From positions 496,001-560,000 of the forward strand of contig JAPMXV010000042.1 of assembly GCA_026936335.1 (NCBI GenBank): a DNA stretch of 64,000 nt, read 5' to 3'. The notes under the pieces are model-generated. The model saw only the letters and a program-made list of their open reading frames with translations, ran no database searches and was not told the origin of the DNA. A program made the position numbers and the translations under genes. This stretch comes from Mantamonas sphyraenae STR306 (Eukaryota; Protista; CRuMs). Positions 1-11,535 of this stretch are shown one piece after another (position 1 is the first letter of the stretch; the number at the start of each line of letters is the position of its first letter).

Positions 1-1300
1 AGGGCAAAGAGGGGCCCTAGGCCTCGTGCGGTGACCAATCGCACGCAGGCGGTCTCCTGCGACGCACAAAAGGACAACACCTTCAGGGCGGCAGCCGAGA
101 CCGCCAGCCAGTGCTTCTTCACCTCACGTTTGGCCTGCGACTGTTTGCGCACCTTGTTGGCGTCCTTGAGAAGGCGGACCATCAGTTCGACGCCCTCGAG
201 TTCGACAAACGCCTCGACCAGGGCCGGTTCGAGCAGACACGAGTCCAGAATGTTGAAGAGGTTCATGAGAAACTCGGATTCCTCCTCATTGGCCGGCAGC
301 GTGGAGCGGTAGTGTGCAATGCGCAGGAGGACGGCGTCGAGGCCGCCCAAAGCGTGCCAGCTGCTCCTGTTGGCGCTGTGGTTCTGCATGAGGATGCATA
401 CGATTTCGCTTATGTACAAATGGTTTGCGGCAAACTCCTTTTGCTGGATACGTTGAAACAGATACTCCAGCAGGGCAGTTTCCTGACCAAAGAGCGCCGG
501 CGCCTCGTCGGGCCACGTTTCGACCGCCGTCTCGATCAACTCGAGGGTTGTGAATGCGCCCTGCTGCTCGTCGGTACTCTTTGTGTCGTCGAGGCGCTTG
601 AGATTGTCGACAAGCATGGGAAGGGCCTTGTTGGCGAGCATAGCCTGCCAAAGTGTCTCGATTGCCTCTGTTTGCTCGTCGTCGTTGTCGTCGCTCTGCA
701 GCAGCTCTTTGAGCAGGTCGACGACGGCAATGGCGATGTCTGTGTTTTCGTGTGCCAGCAGGGACAGCAGGGACTGCAACGAGCTCTGGATGAGGAGAGG
801 GTACAGCGTGGGCTTGGTGGAAAGTGCGCTCAGGTCCTTGATGCCCAGAAGCAGGTCGACTTCCGAGGCGATAAAGCTGAGGGAGTGTCAAGCGGAGGAA
901 CAGCGAACGCATACCGCAGTCAGTCGATGGAGGAGGGTGTGAGCAGGTGGGCACAGGGATGCAAGTGCGCGTTGTGCGGCGTGAGCACGTACCGTTGTGG
1001 CTCGTCGACAAACTTGGCGCGCTGTTCCAGGTTGGTGTTGATGCGTCGCTCGAGAGTGACCATGAGGACCTTGAGAGCAGGTGCATCGAGTTCCTGCACG
1101 TCTTCTGCCTCGTCCACAATGCGTTGGATTTCCTGCTGGTCAAGGCTGGCGCTGCTGTGTGCGCCAACACCGCCCACGTTGATGGCGTCAATAAACTCGT
1201 AGCCCAGGTCGTCCGTGTCGTCCCGCTTGCGCTTGCGAGCTCCAGACTCGCTCTGCATGGCGTCGTTGGACGGCTTGAAGTTGATTTCGCTGATGTCCAT
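1..1300 (-). CDS. CTNNBL1: Beta-catenin-like protein 1 (spliceosomal Prp19 complex), 3' end beyond window; intron 877-992
   Basis: ATG at 1300. Exon 1 (MDISEINF...KRKRDD...LERRINTNLEQRAKFVDEPQ) splices GTACGT..CTCAG into RFIASEVDL...SLLSLLAHENTDIAIAVVDLLKEL...NLKRLDD...EGVELMVRLLK, matching CTNNBL1 conserved blocks. Frame stays open to the window edge. Confidence 0.93.
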
Positions 1301-1450
1301 GGCTGCAGGAGAGGGCAGCTGGGAGTCTGAAAAGCGCTGCCCCCGCCAGCGTCCCACCAAGCACAAATCCTCCACAGCATATCTGATACAATGAGCCGCA
1401 GACCCGTTGTTGCATTGCAACCCGCACAATTTGCTCCGCTGGCCGAGCAC

Positions 1451-2449
1451 ATGCGCTATCGATTCCTTGGGAAGACCGGCCTGCAGGTGTCGGAGCTGGG
1501 GTTTGGGTCGTGGCTCACCATGGCGGTCAACACGGCACAGCAGGATACAGACACGTTGGTGGCAGCGTCATGGAACGCAGGCGTCAACTTGTTTGACACG
1601 GCCGAAGTGTACGCCAACGGCGAAGCGGAAACCCTGCTTGGGAACACCTTCCGTCGCCTGGGGCTGCCGCGCGATGAGATGGTCGTCACCACAAAGGTGT
1701 TCTGGGGGGGCAAGAAGCCAACACAGCGTGGTCTGTCGCGCAAACACGTCGTGGAAGGCACGTACGCGAGTCTGCGCCGGCTGCAGCTGGACCACGTCGA
1801 TTTGCTCTTTGCCCATCGGCCTGACCCGGACACGCCCATGGAAGAGACGGTGCGTGCGTTCAACTATCTCATCGAACAGGGTCATGCGCTGTACTGGGGC
1901 ACGTCGGAGTGGAGCGCGCAGCAACTGCAGGAAGCGCACGGCGTCTGCGATCGCCTGGGACTCATCAAGCCAGTCATGGAACAACCAGAGTACAATGTGT
2001 TCACACGCAAGCGAGTGGAGAGCGAGTATGCGCCATTGTTCGAGTCGGAAGCCGGATTGGGCCTGACCACCTGGTCGCCTCTGGCCAGCGGGCTTCTCAC
2101 TGGCAAGTACAACGACGGGATTCCTGAGGGATCCCGGCTGGCGCAAGGACGCGGAGTGCCCAAGCTACTGCGCAAGGAGCTGGAAAGCGAGGCGGGCCAG
2201 CACAAGCTGCAGCAGATCCGAGCGTTGGGGCAAGTTGCCTCGGCAGCTGGGCTGACGACAGGACAGCTGGCCATCAAGTGGTGCCTGGCGAACGAAAGGG
2301 TGTCCTCAGTGCTTCTGGGTGCCTCCAACATCAAGCAGCTTGGCGAGAACCTGGGCAGTGTGGTCCTTCCGGCACTGCAGCTCGAGGTGCTCGAGGCTGT
2401 GGAGCAGATCATGCGCAACAAGCCCAAAGACACTCCTTCATGGCGATGA
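1451..2449 (+). CDS. Aldo-keto reductase, voltage-gated K+ channel beta-subunit-like (AKR6); alternative in-frame ATG at 1391
   Basis: MRYRFLGKTGLQVSELGFGSW, FDTAEVYANG, GLSRKHVVEG, YWGTSEWSA, WSPLASGLLTGKY are KCNAB-type AKR motifs. Confidence 0.92.
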   Translation: MRYRFLGKTGLQVSELGFGSWLTMAVNTAQQDTDTLVAASWNAGVNLFDTAEVYANGEAETLLGNTFRRLGLPRDEMVVTTKVFWGGKKPTQRGLSRKHVVEGTYASLRRLQLDHVDLLFAHRPDPDTPMEETVRAFNYLIEQGHALYWGTSEWSAQQLQEAHGVCDRLGLIKPVMEQPEYNVFTRKRVESEYAPLFESEAGLGLTTWSPLASGLLTGKYNDGIPEGSRLAQGRGVPKLLRKELESEAGQHKLQQIRALGQVASAAGLTTGQLAIKWCLANERVSSVLLGASNIKQLGENLGSVVLPALQLEVLEAVEQIMRNKPKDTPSWR

Positions 2450-2566
2450 ACAACCGCGCGTGGCGTGGGCTTGTGGCACAAGCAAGACACGAAACCATTG
2501 CGTCGTGCGTTGGCAACCATGCGCGCGTCCACTCCCACAGAATCAACGAAACACGCGACCGAAGCA

Positions 2567-3771
2567 ATGAAGACCTCGTTGCTGTGCATGGCTATTGGAG
2601 TTGCATTGGTGATGTGCGCCGTGGGCTGTGCTGCTCATGGCTCGCCCAAGTGCCTGGACGAGCGCGGTGACCCCGTGGACTGGTGGGTGATCCTCAAGTT
2701 CCCCGTTGGCAGCAGTGACCAGAACCAGGACGCAGCTTCGGGCTTTGGCTACGCGTACATGGACGCAAACAACCCGACGCTGACGGTGGCCGATGGTCGC
2801 CTGGACACCAACCTGGGTGGAGCGTTGGGTTCCACGCTGGGCCAGCTGTGGAAAGAACGCGACCCGAACCAGCATGCGTGGCTTATGTACGACGACGAGT
2901 GGCCCAACGGACACAAGTGGGGCTCTCGTGCCCACATGAAGGGCGAACTCATGTTTGACAACCAGCAGGGCTTCTGGCTGGTGCACTCGGTTCCCCGCTT
3001 CCCGCCGTTCCTCAACGACACCTACACTTTCCCGGACAACGAGAAAAAGTACGGCCAGTCGTTCCAGTGCAACACGTTTGGTAGGTGGTACTGCGTAACC
3101 GCGTGTGGCCCCAGATGCCGTCCGTTTGGGCGGCCAGTCCACGCACTTTTTTCTGCCCAGCTTTCATTTTTGTGAGTGTTTTCTAACCACGTGCGTATGC
3201 TCTCCACACAGGCTATTCCCAGCTGCAGAGCATTTCAGGCTTGTTGCAGATTGACGCCCCGGCTGTGTGGGACTCGAACGTGCCCACGTCGATGAACCAG
3301 CCGACGCTGACGGACGTGGTGAACGGACACTTCATCACGGCCGTGAGCGCCAACTGGACGAACCTGGTCACCTTGAACGGTGTCACGATCAAGGCTTTCG
3401 CCAAGAACAAGGAGTGGGACCAGGACCTGTACGAGGACCTTGTGGCCCCCACGTTCAACGACGACATCATGGCGGAAACGTGGATGAACGGCGTCAACCC
3501 GCTGCCCACGTACTGCAAGCCGCAGTACCAGTACAACGCCATCAACATCCGCACTCTGGCCATCCAGGACCGCATGGGCAACACCATTTCTTGGAAGGAG
3601 ACCCAGGACCACAGCAAGTGGGCCTACACCGTCAACCAGAAATGGATCTGCATTGGCGACCAGAACCGCCAGCACGGACAGCGTGTGCGCGGCGGTGGCC
3701 AGTACTGCAGGCAGGACAGCAACATGCATGCGCAGTTCTCCCAGTTGGTGGTCACTGCGGACCAGTGCTGA
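2567..3771 (+). CDS. DNASE2: Deoxyribonuclease II (secreted/lysosomal acid DNase); intron 3081-3211
   Basis: Signal peptide MKTSLLCMAIGVALVMC, then CLDERGDPVDWW, AHMKG, GFWLVHSVPRFP, YGQSFQC, DHSKWA, CIGDQNR..Q..RGGG. A GTAGGT..CTAAC..CACAG intron joins ORFs 2465 and 3241 in frame. Confidence 0.93.
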
Positions 3772-3833
3772 GCGAATGGACGATTTGTTGCGTTTGCTTT
3801 CATTCCCGCTCCCCCATCCATCACAAATGCCCT

Positions 3834-6375
3834 TCAGAACCCAGCAAAGCTTCCTGGTGCATCCGGAATAATCGGAGTCCCTCGCATGGAAAAGGCATTG
3901 TTTGCAGATTCTTCTTGCTCGTCCTGCCGCAGGTGTTCGTTTTCGATGCCACTCGTTGTCTGCTCAGCACCCGCCGCCTGCTCCTGCATGCGCCTGAGGG
4001 CCGCCGAGCTGCGCACAAGTGTGCTGCTAGAGGCAGCGGCCACTGTGCCTTGCGGAGGTGTGGCCAGATCCAGGAGTGCGGCGTCCTTTTCGTCATCGGT
4101 GAGGAGATCGCTGAGATTCAGCCGCTGCAGCATCTGCACCTTTTGCCTGCGGAAATCCAGATCTCCGTCCTGTGGAAACAGCGAGTGGAGGGCCGGAGGC
4201 GCACTGATGAGCGCCGAGGCGTGCATGCTACCCTCCACCACGGCAATGGCAGCCAGTGCGTCATCCAATTGCACCCGTTGGTGAAACATGAGCCGCGCGT
4301 GTGCCTCTGCAAGGCGCACCAGCGATTCGAGCAGTCGGATGGTGGTGCGCGCTGCGTTGCGGCCGTCTGCTTGGCGCTGCCGCTTGTAGTACGTCGACAG
4401 CACCAGCTCGCTCTCCGGGCTCATGTCCGGCTCAAGCGCACGAGCAAGTGCAATGTACGCCTTGACCTTGTCGATGCCCCACAGGCCGCCCTTGGCCTGC
4501 AGATCTTCCAGTGCCACGCCCCCCTCTTCTTCCTCGTCCATGTCATCCTTCTGTGTGCTTTCTCTCCGTCTCCTTCGGGCCCGAGCTTTCTCTGCACGGT
4601 CGTTGGGAGACTCTCCGCCACTGGATTGGCTGTGGCCGCCCTGCTGGTGCTCCCTCAGAATAAAGTCGCTCACGACCTTGTCCCAGTCACCATTCTGCGT
4701 GTCCACGAGGGTTAGCACGATGTCGAAGCGCGAGAGCAGAGGGCTGGCCATCGCAATATTCACACTAATGCTCTGCGTCGGATCGTACTTGCCGCGCGGG
4801 TTGCCGCTGGCCAGGATGCTGCAGCGTGTGTTGAGTTTGCACACGAGGCCGGCCTTGGCCACACTCAGGGTTTGCTGCTCCATCGCCTCGTGGATGGCTG
4901 TACGGTCGTGCTCGCGCATCTTGTCAAACTCGTCGATGCAGCACAGGCCTCCGTCTGCAAGCACGAGCGCACCAGCCTCAAGCATCCATTCGCCTCCGGT
5001 GTCCTTGACGGCTGTGACCGTCAAACCGGCCGTCGTCGTGCCCACACCCGTGGTATGCACTGCACGGTTGCTCAGCTTGTGGGCATACTTGAGGAACTGC
5101 GACTTGCCCGTGCCCGGGTCGCCCACAAGAAGCATATGAATCTCACCACGGATGGCCATGCCGCCTTTCGCGCGCCTGGGCACACCACCCAACAGAACCA
5201 GGATGACTCCCAGCTTGACGGTGTGCATGCCGTAGATCTGCGGACAGATGTTGCGCAGGATCATGTTGCGGCCTTCGATGGGCCGGTCTCTGTACTGCGC
5301 CCAAAACTCCTCAAACTCGGTGCGCAGCTCATCGGTTACGCGTGTGCTGATGTTCTCCTCATTGTGCACGCTGACACTGTTTGCCGAAATGGTGATTTCC
5401 ATGTCGCATCGCTCCTTGTCCTTGAGCGGGCGCCACCTGCGCAGAACCGTGCCGCACACCGTCACCTCGTCCCCGGCCTTGACTTTGTCCACCAGGTCAT
5501 CCATGAGGATGACAGCCATACTGCGTGGGATATTTCCCACCTTGAGCTTCTGTACATGTTCCTGGATCTTGATCTCCTGGTAGTCGCGGCAGCCGGTTTT
5601 GCCTTCCAGCGCCTCAAATTTGGTTGAGCGGCAAGGGTTGCTTGTCCCGCTCTTGGACGATGGGCACACCATGGGTTTGGGGATGGCGTTGTACTGCTCG
5701 ATGTCGGCCACAATCTCAAAAGGAAACTTGCACACGGCGCACTGGTATTGCCGTTTGTACTCCAGCATCTTGACCATTCCCGTGCGGATCACCGTCCCCG
5801 TGACGCTGATGATGTGTCCGATGTCTCTGCTGCGTGGCAGGGAGGTCTTGCTGATCTCAGGGCAATGTGGAAACGAGTGGAGACGCACGTGGACTTTCGT
5901 CTTGACCGTGGCTGTGTAACTTTCTTGGGCGTCCTTGATTTTCCCCTGCACCTTCACCAACGCCTCGTCAAAGATCGGCAGCAGATCCTGCGGGAACGAG
6001 AGAAGATGGGACCCCAGTGCCATGTTGACGTCGAGCAGGTCCAGAACACTGTGCAGCGCGGCCCAGAGTGTCAGAAGCGTGTTCCCGAGAACTGCGCGCC
6101 ATGGACGCGTCGCTCACCCGGCAACGCCAGCGGCCCACACATGCACACACACACACACACACACACACCAAACTCGCTGTGATTTGTTCGCCAAAGCTTC
6201 ACACAACAAATACTGAGCTCTATCTGAGTCCTACTTACTCAACCTCAATGCCATAGTGCGCCGAGTTGTCCCACTCTTCCATGATTCCCTTCAAGTCAGC
6301 AATGTGGTGGTCATACAGGTAGTCGGTGAACTGCTGGAGCCATGCATTGGGCAACTCATTGTCGTAGTGGTCCAT
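3834..6375 (-). CDS. MCM9: DNA helicase MCM9; exon 1 6239-6375, intron 6049-6238
   Basis: MCM box: GDPGTGKSQ, LEAGALVLADGGLCCIDEFDKM, AIHEAMEQQ, LLSRFD, RTTIRLLESLVRLAEAHARL. Exon 1 (MDHYDNE...SAHYGIEV) joins DVLDLLDVNMALG and resembles the MCM9 N-terminus. Confidence 0.9.
6144..6168. repeat. (CA)n microsatellite in the MCM9 intron
   Basis: About 12 CA units read directly. Confidence 0.9.
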
Positions 6376-6478
6376 CAGGCTCAGGCCGACTTGGGTGGAC
6401 ATGCGGAAGATGGGTTGATTTGTTGGTGGTTGCTGGGCCCTCCGGACTGTTCGCGTTGCACTTCACAACCACGCCCTG

Positions 6479-8944
6479 TCACCTCGATGCACTCGACGTA
6501 CGCCTCTTGCCCGAGCGCTTGCTTCCTGCACTCGTGCGCCTGTTGCTACTTGAGCTGCTGGAGCTGCTCTCGCCTTCGTCGTCCGAGCTGACAAAACCCC
6601 GCATTTGCTGGGCATCTATGGAGAGGTTGCTGCTGCTGCTGCTGCTGCTGCTCCCACCCGCACCCGTACTGCCCGTTCCGCTGCGGTTGTGCAGGAAGGA
6701 GAGTTCTTTGTGCAGCGTCTCCACCTTTGTCTGGTCCGGATCACACAAGTCCAGGATGGAGTCGCAAAACACGCGGCCCATCTCCTCCAGGTGGTACGTG
6801 TTGAAGTGGGTGTTGCCGTACAGGCCAAAATTGGCACCGCAGAATGAGGCCTCCAGGGTGAAGCTGTTGACCAGGCCAAGCTCCTTCCAAAGCACCACGC
6901 GAGCGGTGCTCTCCTTGGACTTTTGCACTTTGAAGTTGCAGTCTGCGTAGGAAAACACGGTGCCATTGTGCCACAGCATGCGGGGAAACAGACGCTCTTT
7001 TAGACGCAGCGAGCTGTTGTGAGTGTTTTCGCAGCCGTACATAAAGACGTTGAATTTGCGCGAGTGGCCGTGGAAATCGCAGCACATGAGCACCTGCCTG
7101 TCCTCCATGAAGCGTTTGATCATCATTTTCGTGTAGTAGATGGTCGGGTACAGCTTGCGGTTTGGATCTTTCCACTGGCGGTTGAGATCGACGGCAGCGA
7201 GGGAACAGCGGTAGTTGCCTACGATGACGCCGTCTGGGTTGAGCATAGGCACCACCTTGAAAATAAAGTTATCTCGAAGGATTTTGGCCTCGAGAGTAGG
7301 GCCTGTGAGGTAGTCGATAAGCCCCTTGACCATGTACGAGGCGTTTGTCTCGCCCGGATGGACGCGTGCGGTGACAACAACCCCTTTGCGCGCACGCAGT
7401 TCCTCCGGGGTGCAATTGAAGGAGGTGATGGTGAGGTAGTCGCAGGAATTGCCAGCGAGGGTTGTGCAGAGAGTCTTGCGACGAAGGCGAGACTTTTTCG
7501 CGCTGTCTGCCTCCAGCTCGTCGAGGTAGTCGACGAGGTTGCTGTATGTGTACGGGTAGCAGTGGGAAAAGTAGTAGGTGTCCTCCTGGTAGGGAAAAGT
7601 GACGGTAAAGGTGAACGAGTAGTACTGGCCTGTGCGGCGTTTGATCTGGTTCTGGTAGTAGCAGACATCATCACCGACGCGCACCCAGCCCAAACCACTC
7701 TCCTTGGCATCTTTCATGGAGTAGCGCAAGGGACGCATGCCGTAATTGTACAAAGAGTCGGGCTTGGCGAGGTTGATGATGTTGAATCGATAGCGTACGC
7801 CCGGACGTGCGTTGGAAACGGAAAAGAAGAACCACTGGGTGTTGCCCTGGGTGTTGATGTCGGGCTTGAGGATGAGGTCGTATTCTGCGTCGTACACCTG
7901 GATGACGCGGCGGAGGTTGCCGCTTTCGAAGCGGGATTCAAAGAGGAGAGTGTCGTCGTAGGGGCCCTTGAGGGAATAATAGGGTGGTAAGTCGCGTGCG
8001 TGAAGGGTGTTTGTGTCACGTGTGTCCATGCGCTTGAGGTTGGTCATGTCGAGGGAGTCAAAGACGACCTTGTTGATGACGCCCATGGGGTCGCCAAGGC
8101 GTGCGTTGTAGGCAAGGACGGTGGCCTCCATGGTTTCGATGTTGGTGGGCAGAATGGGCTCAGCGTACGGAGGTGGGCTTGTGTGGAAACTGGGGGCGTT
8201 GACGAGGTGGATGCCGCCGGTTTTGACGGCAGTTCCGCCGGCAGTGTTTGGATGGAGTTTGCGCAGATCGAGAATGCTGCGTGTGATGGACCTTTGCTGT
8301 TGCATACCCGTGCGACCAGAGGTGACAGAGGTGGATGTTGTGGAGGTGGTGGAGCTGCCAGAGGAGGAACTTGACGACGCGCCTGCACCTGAGCCTGCGT
8401 TTGTGCGCTCCTTGTCTTGGGATTTGAGGCCCAGCATATTCCAGAGGAAGTCGTCCTTGGAGGTGCGATAGGTGGAGCTGGAGTGGGAGCTGCTGCCTAG
8501 CCTGCTGGGCACGTGTTGGGAGTCAGCGGAGTCGTTGCTGTGCTGCAGGGCAGAGAGGAGCTCGAGCATGTCCTCTGTGACGCCTTCGGCGTCGTAGTCG
8601 AGGGAGCCTGTATGGCTTGAAGAGGATGAGGTGGTGCTGGCGGAGGAGGAGGACGTGGAGGAGGAGCTGGAGGAGCCGGAGGTGTAGGCGGTGGATTCGT
8701 AGCGGCGGGTTTGCTGGTAGAGCACGGAGTCTGTGCTGTAGGGAAGCTTGTACTGGCGCTGGGAGGTAGCGGAGGTGGAGGAGGGCGAGGTGGAGACGGA
8801 GGAGTTGGAGGAGGCGGAGGAGGTACTGGAGGTGTAGGCGTCGTGGAGGTTTGCGCGGGAGCGCTGCTGTCGTTGGGAGTCCTGGGAGGAGACGGCATCG
8901 GTGACGAGGGTCGATTCGTCGACGTCGTCGTCGCTGGAGGGCAT
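6479..8944 (-). CDS. Cytosolic carboxypeptidase (M14D, Nna1/CCP1-like tubulin deglutamylase) with Ser-rich N-terminus
   Basis: FESRFESGNL, GNTQWFFF, YPYTYS, ARVHPGETNAS, PMLNPDGV, DLNRQW, DFHGHSRK, SFTLEASF. Start chosen at MPSSDDD because upstream ATGs overlap the RPL10 5' region. Confidence 0.9.
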   Translation of the reverse strand: MPSSDDDVDESTLVTDAVSSQDSQRQQRSRANLHDAYTSSTSSASSNSSVSTSPSSTSATSQRQYKLPYSTDSVLYQQTRRYESTAYTSGSSSSSSTSSSSASTTSSSSSHTGSLDYDAEGVTEDMLELLSALQHSNDSADSQHVPSRLGSSSHSSSTYRTSKDDFLWNMLGLKSQDKERTNAGSGAGASSSSSSGSSTTSTTSTSVTSGRTGMQQQRSITRSILDLRKLHPNTAGGTAVKTGGIHLVNAPSFHTSPPPYAEPILPTNIETMEATVLAYNARLGDPMGVINKVVFDSLDMTNLKRMDTRDTNTLHARDLPPYYSLKGPYDDTLLFESRFESGNLRRVIQVYDAEYDLILKPDINTQGNTQWFFFSVSNARPGVRYRFNIINLAKPDSLYNYGMRPLRYSMKDAKESGLGWVRVGDDVCYYQNQIKRRTGQYYSFTFTVTFPYQEDTYYFSHCYPYTYSNLVDYLDELEADSAKKSRLRRKTLCTTLAGNSCDYLTITSFNCTPEELRARKGVVVTARVHPGETNASYMVKGLIDYLTGPTLEAKILRDNFIFKVVPMLNPDGVIVGNYRCSLAAVDLNRQWKDPNRKLYPTIYYTKMMIKRFMEDRQVLMCCDFHGHSRKFNVFMYGCENTHNSSLRLKERLFPRMLWHNGTVFSYADCNFKVQKSKESTARVVLWKELGLVNSFTLEASFCGANFGLYGNTHFNTYHLEEMGRVFCDSILDLCDPDQTKVETLHKELSFLHNRSGTGSTGAGGSSSSSSSSNLSIDAQQMRGFVSSDDEGESSSSSSSSNRRTSAGSKRSGKRRTSSASR

Positions 8945-9059
8945 GTCGAAGCGCGGGGAGCGCACTTCGGCAAGCTCGTGGAGCTGGAGCGAGCGCAACG
9001 AAGTTGAGCTTGGTTTGCCACTGCCCCGCCTCATCCAGACAAAAGCAAAAAGCAAAAAA

Positions 9060-10355
9060 ATGTATGTTTGGTCGAGCGTGTGAGAGAGGCCAAAGCCATA
9101 GGGCACCGCGCGCAGGTGTATGTATATGCACCTGTGTGTATGTTGTGTGTCTTTGTGTGCCTGTATGCGTGTATGGAGCGCAAGAAAGTGGTTTCGACGG
9201 ACGGCTCGCTGACCCTCATTTCTGGCCTTTGGCTCGCACTCGAAAACCTCTCAGGGGACGCCGTATGTTGACCTGAGACGTATGCCGTGTGCACTGCGTG
9301 CATGTGTGGTGTGTCGAGCATGGCATCCGCCGCTCGTTTCCCGGAAGTTCATCCGCACAGCCGGAAAACGCAGCCGGAAAAGCGCAACGCTGAACGGCGC
9401 AAGCGCATGCAGAAAACGCAATTTGCGCTGGCCTGCCGTTCAGCGCCACACACACGCGCAGCCACACATGCAAAGCCCACTTTCCCATCACTCCATGCCA
9501 TTCCTTGCACACCCACGCCATGACGCTGACCCTCGCTCTCTGTGTGTGACACCGTAGGCCCCGCTCGCTGCTACCGCTATTGCAAGAAGTGAGTTGCCTT
9601 TTTTTTTTTTCGAGGCGCCGAGGCCGCGCGAGTTTGGTTCGTGCGCGAGGGAGCCGCAAGACGTGGATGCAGAGTGCAGAGGATGTTGAGGAGAACATGT
9701 GTGCTCACACCGCGGATCCTCGCATCATCACAGCAAGCCGTACATCAAGTCGCGCTACTGCCGTGGTGTGCCGGACGCCAAGATCCGTATCTACGATCTG
9801 GGCAACAAGAAGGCTTCGGTGACGGAGTTCCCGCTCACTGTGCACCTCGTGTCGTGGGAGAAGGAGCAGATCTCGTCGGAGGCTCTTGAGGCCGCGCGTA
9901 TCTGTGCCAACAAGTACATCACCACCAAGGTGGGCAAGCTGGGCTTCCACATGCGTGTGCGCGTGCACCCGTTCCACGTGCTGCGCATCAACAAGATGCT
10001 TTCGTGCGCCGGTGCCGATCGTCTGCAGACCGGTATGCGCCACGCCTACGGCAAGCCGCAGGGTCTCGTGGCCCGCGTGAACATTGGCCAGATCCTGCTG
10101 TCCGTCCGCACCAAGGACGCCCACAAGGAGCACGTGATCGAGGCTTTCCGCCGCGCCAAGTTCAAGTTCCCCGGCCGCCAGAAGGTTGCCGTGTCCCAGA
10201 AGTGGGGCTTCACCAAGTACACTCGTGCCGAGTTCAAGAAGCTCATGCGTGAGGGCAAGATGAAGACCCTGGGTGTGCACGCCGAGGAGATCAGCCGCCA
10301 CGGCCGTCTGCCGCTTATGACCGACGGTCTGGACCTCAGCGAGATCTCTGCCTAA
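9060..10355 (+). CDS. RPL10: 60S ribosomal protein L10 (uL16); coding exons 9060-9061, 9255-9262, 9558-9588, 9734-10355
   Basis: Splicing three GT-AG introns gives AT|G GGA CGC C|GC CCC GCT CGC TGC TAC CGC TAT TGC AAG AA|C AAG CCG = [16 protein letters not shown], followed by [18 protein letters not shown]...[22 protein letters not shown]. Confidence 0.97.
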
Positions 10356-10636
10356 ACAGCAGCGCTCTCTCTCTGCATCCAACTGTGCGGTGATGCCTGG
10401 CCCATCCCACGCTCCGCTTGGGCTCGGTGCACAAACCGAGTTTCTGTCGTTGCCCGTGGTTCTTGCCACGCATCGCCTCCTCACTGTCAGCACTGCCAAT
10501 GAATGCAATGCACTGCTGCTATGCGCAGTGTCGACACCACTCATTCCCTCACATTTGGTTCTTCTCTTTTGCTTTCGAAACGGACAAAGGCAGACTTTTG
10601 GCCATTTCATTTTCCTCCACACGTTCCCACGCCCGT

Positions 10637-11424
10637 TTAGGCGCTGCTGCTGCTCACTGCGCCACCCTTGGCCTCGTCCTGCTTGGCCAGCAGGATCACA
10701 GACTTGAGACGAGCCGTGTCCTTCTGCACAAACGCGTTCTTTGTGGCAAAGTCGCAGTACTCCACAACGTGCTCCCACGAGTGCTCTGCATCCTGCTCCG
10801 CGTTGTCCCTGCGCTCCACAAGATCTGCCTCGGTTTCGCTGTCGTGCGTCACCATCCCCATCCGGTGTATGGGTTCCACCGTGTGCACGTCTCTGTGTGT
10901 CAGTTTCCCTCTTCTCCGCCTCGTTCTGCGCCCAAACGTCTCCCTGCAGATTTCCCTCCGGTGGAAAAACCCCTCTGGCGCGTGCGGCTCTCCGCGCGCC
11001 GCCCTCTGCGCAGAACCTACCGGTTCATCCTCTTCGTCTTGTCAATATGTTCGCTGCGCGACTCGGTCTGCTGCTGGCGGAACTGGCTGCCCTCAGCCTT
11101 GATGGCTTCCAGCTCTTCGCGCTCCTCGGCGCGTTGCTGCTGCAGCTTCTTGTCGTGCTCAATCTCCCACTCCCGCAGCGGGCCAGTCGACATGTCCAGG
11201 CCAAAACCACCCGGTCCACCGAATCCGCCAGCGCTTGACCCTGCATCCATCCCCTGCGGCGACGCCAGGTTGTCCAGGTCCACGGCAATGGGAGTGCCAC
11301 CCATACTCGGCGGCGTCTCCGTCTCCACGATGTCCGCCTCCTCGATCTCCTCAGCCCCATCGTCCATCTCGTTGTCCATTTGGTTGTCCGTGCCGTTGTC
11401 GAATCCCTCAAACAATTCGTCCAT
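10637..11424 (-). CDS. Clathrin light chain; intron 10839-11020
   Basis: Acidic N-terminus, then LREWEIEHDKKLQ...KRMNR|ETEADL...SWEHVVEYCDF...KDTARLKSVILL, the typical CLC helix and C-terminal W..V...CD / D.SRMRS.L pattern. Confidence 0.85.
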
Positions 11425-11535
11425 GGTGTCGCTGTTCGATTCCGTGTTTGTGTGCGCGCGTCGGTGTGATGCCCACAAATGACCTTTGTTCCACCCTGTG
11501 TGAAGGTTCCTTGCTGTTTCTCTTGGCATGGTGTG

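Noticed and set aside
111-1202. 363-aa plus-strand ORF and similar long overlapping ORFs (e.g. 3267-4715, 15865-17166, 23318-24553, 37408-38697)
   Set aside because: No recognisable motifs; they lie opposite or out of frame to confidently identified genes, as expected in GC-rich DNA.
8945-9106. Extended CCP N-terminus from the ORF-track start at 9106
   Set aside because: It would run antisense through RPL10 exon 1 and intron 1; the Met at 8944 is more parsimonious.
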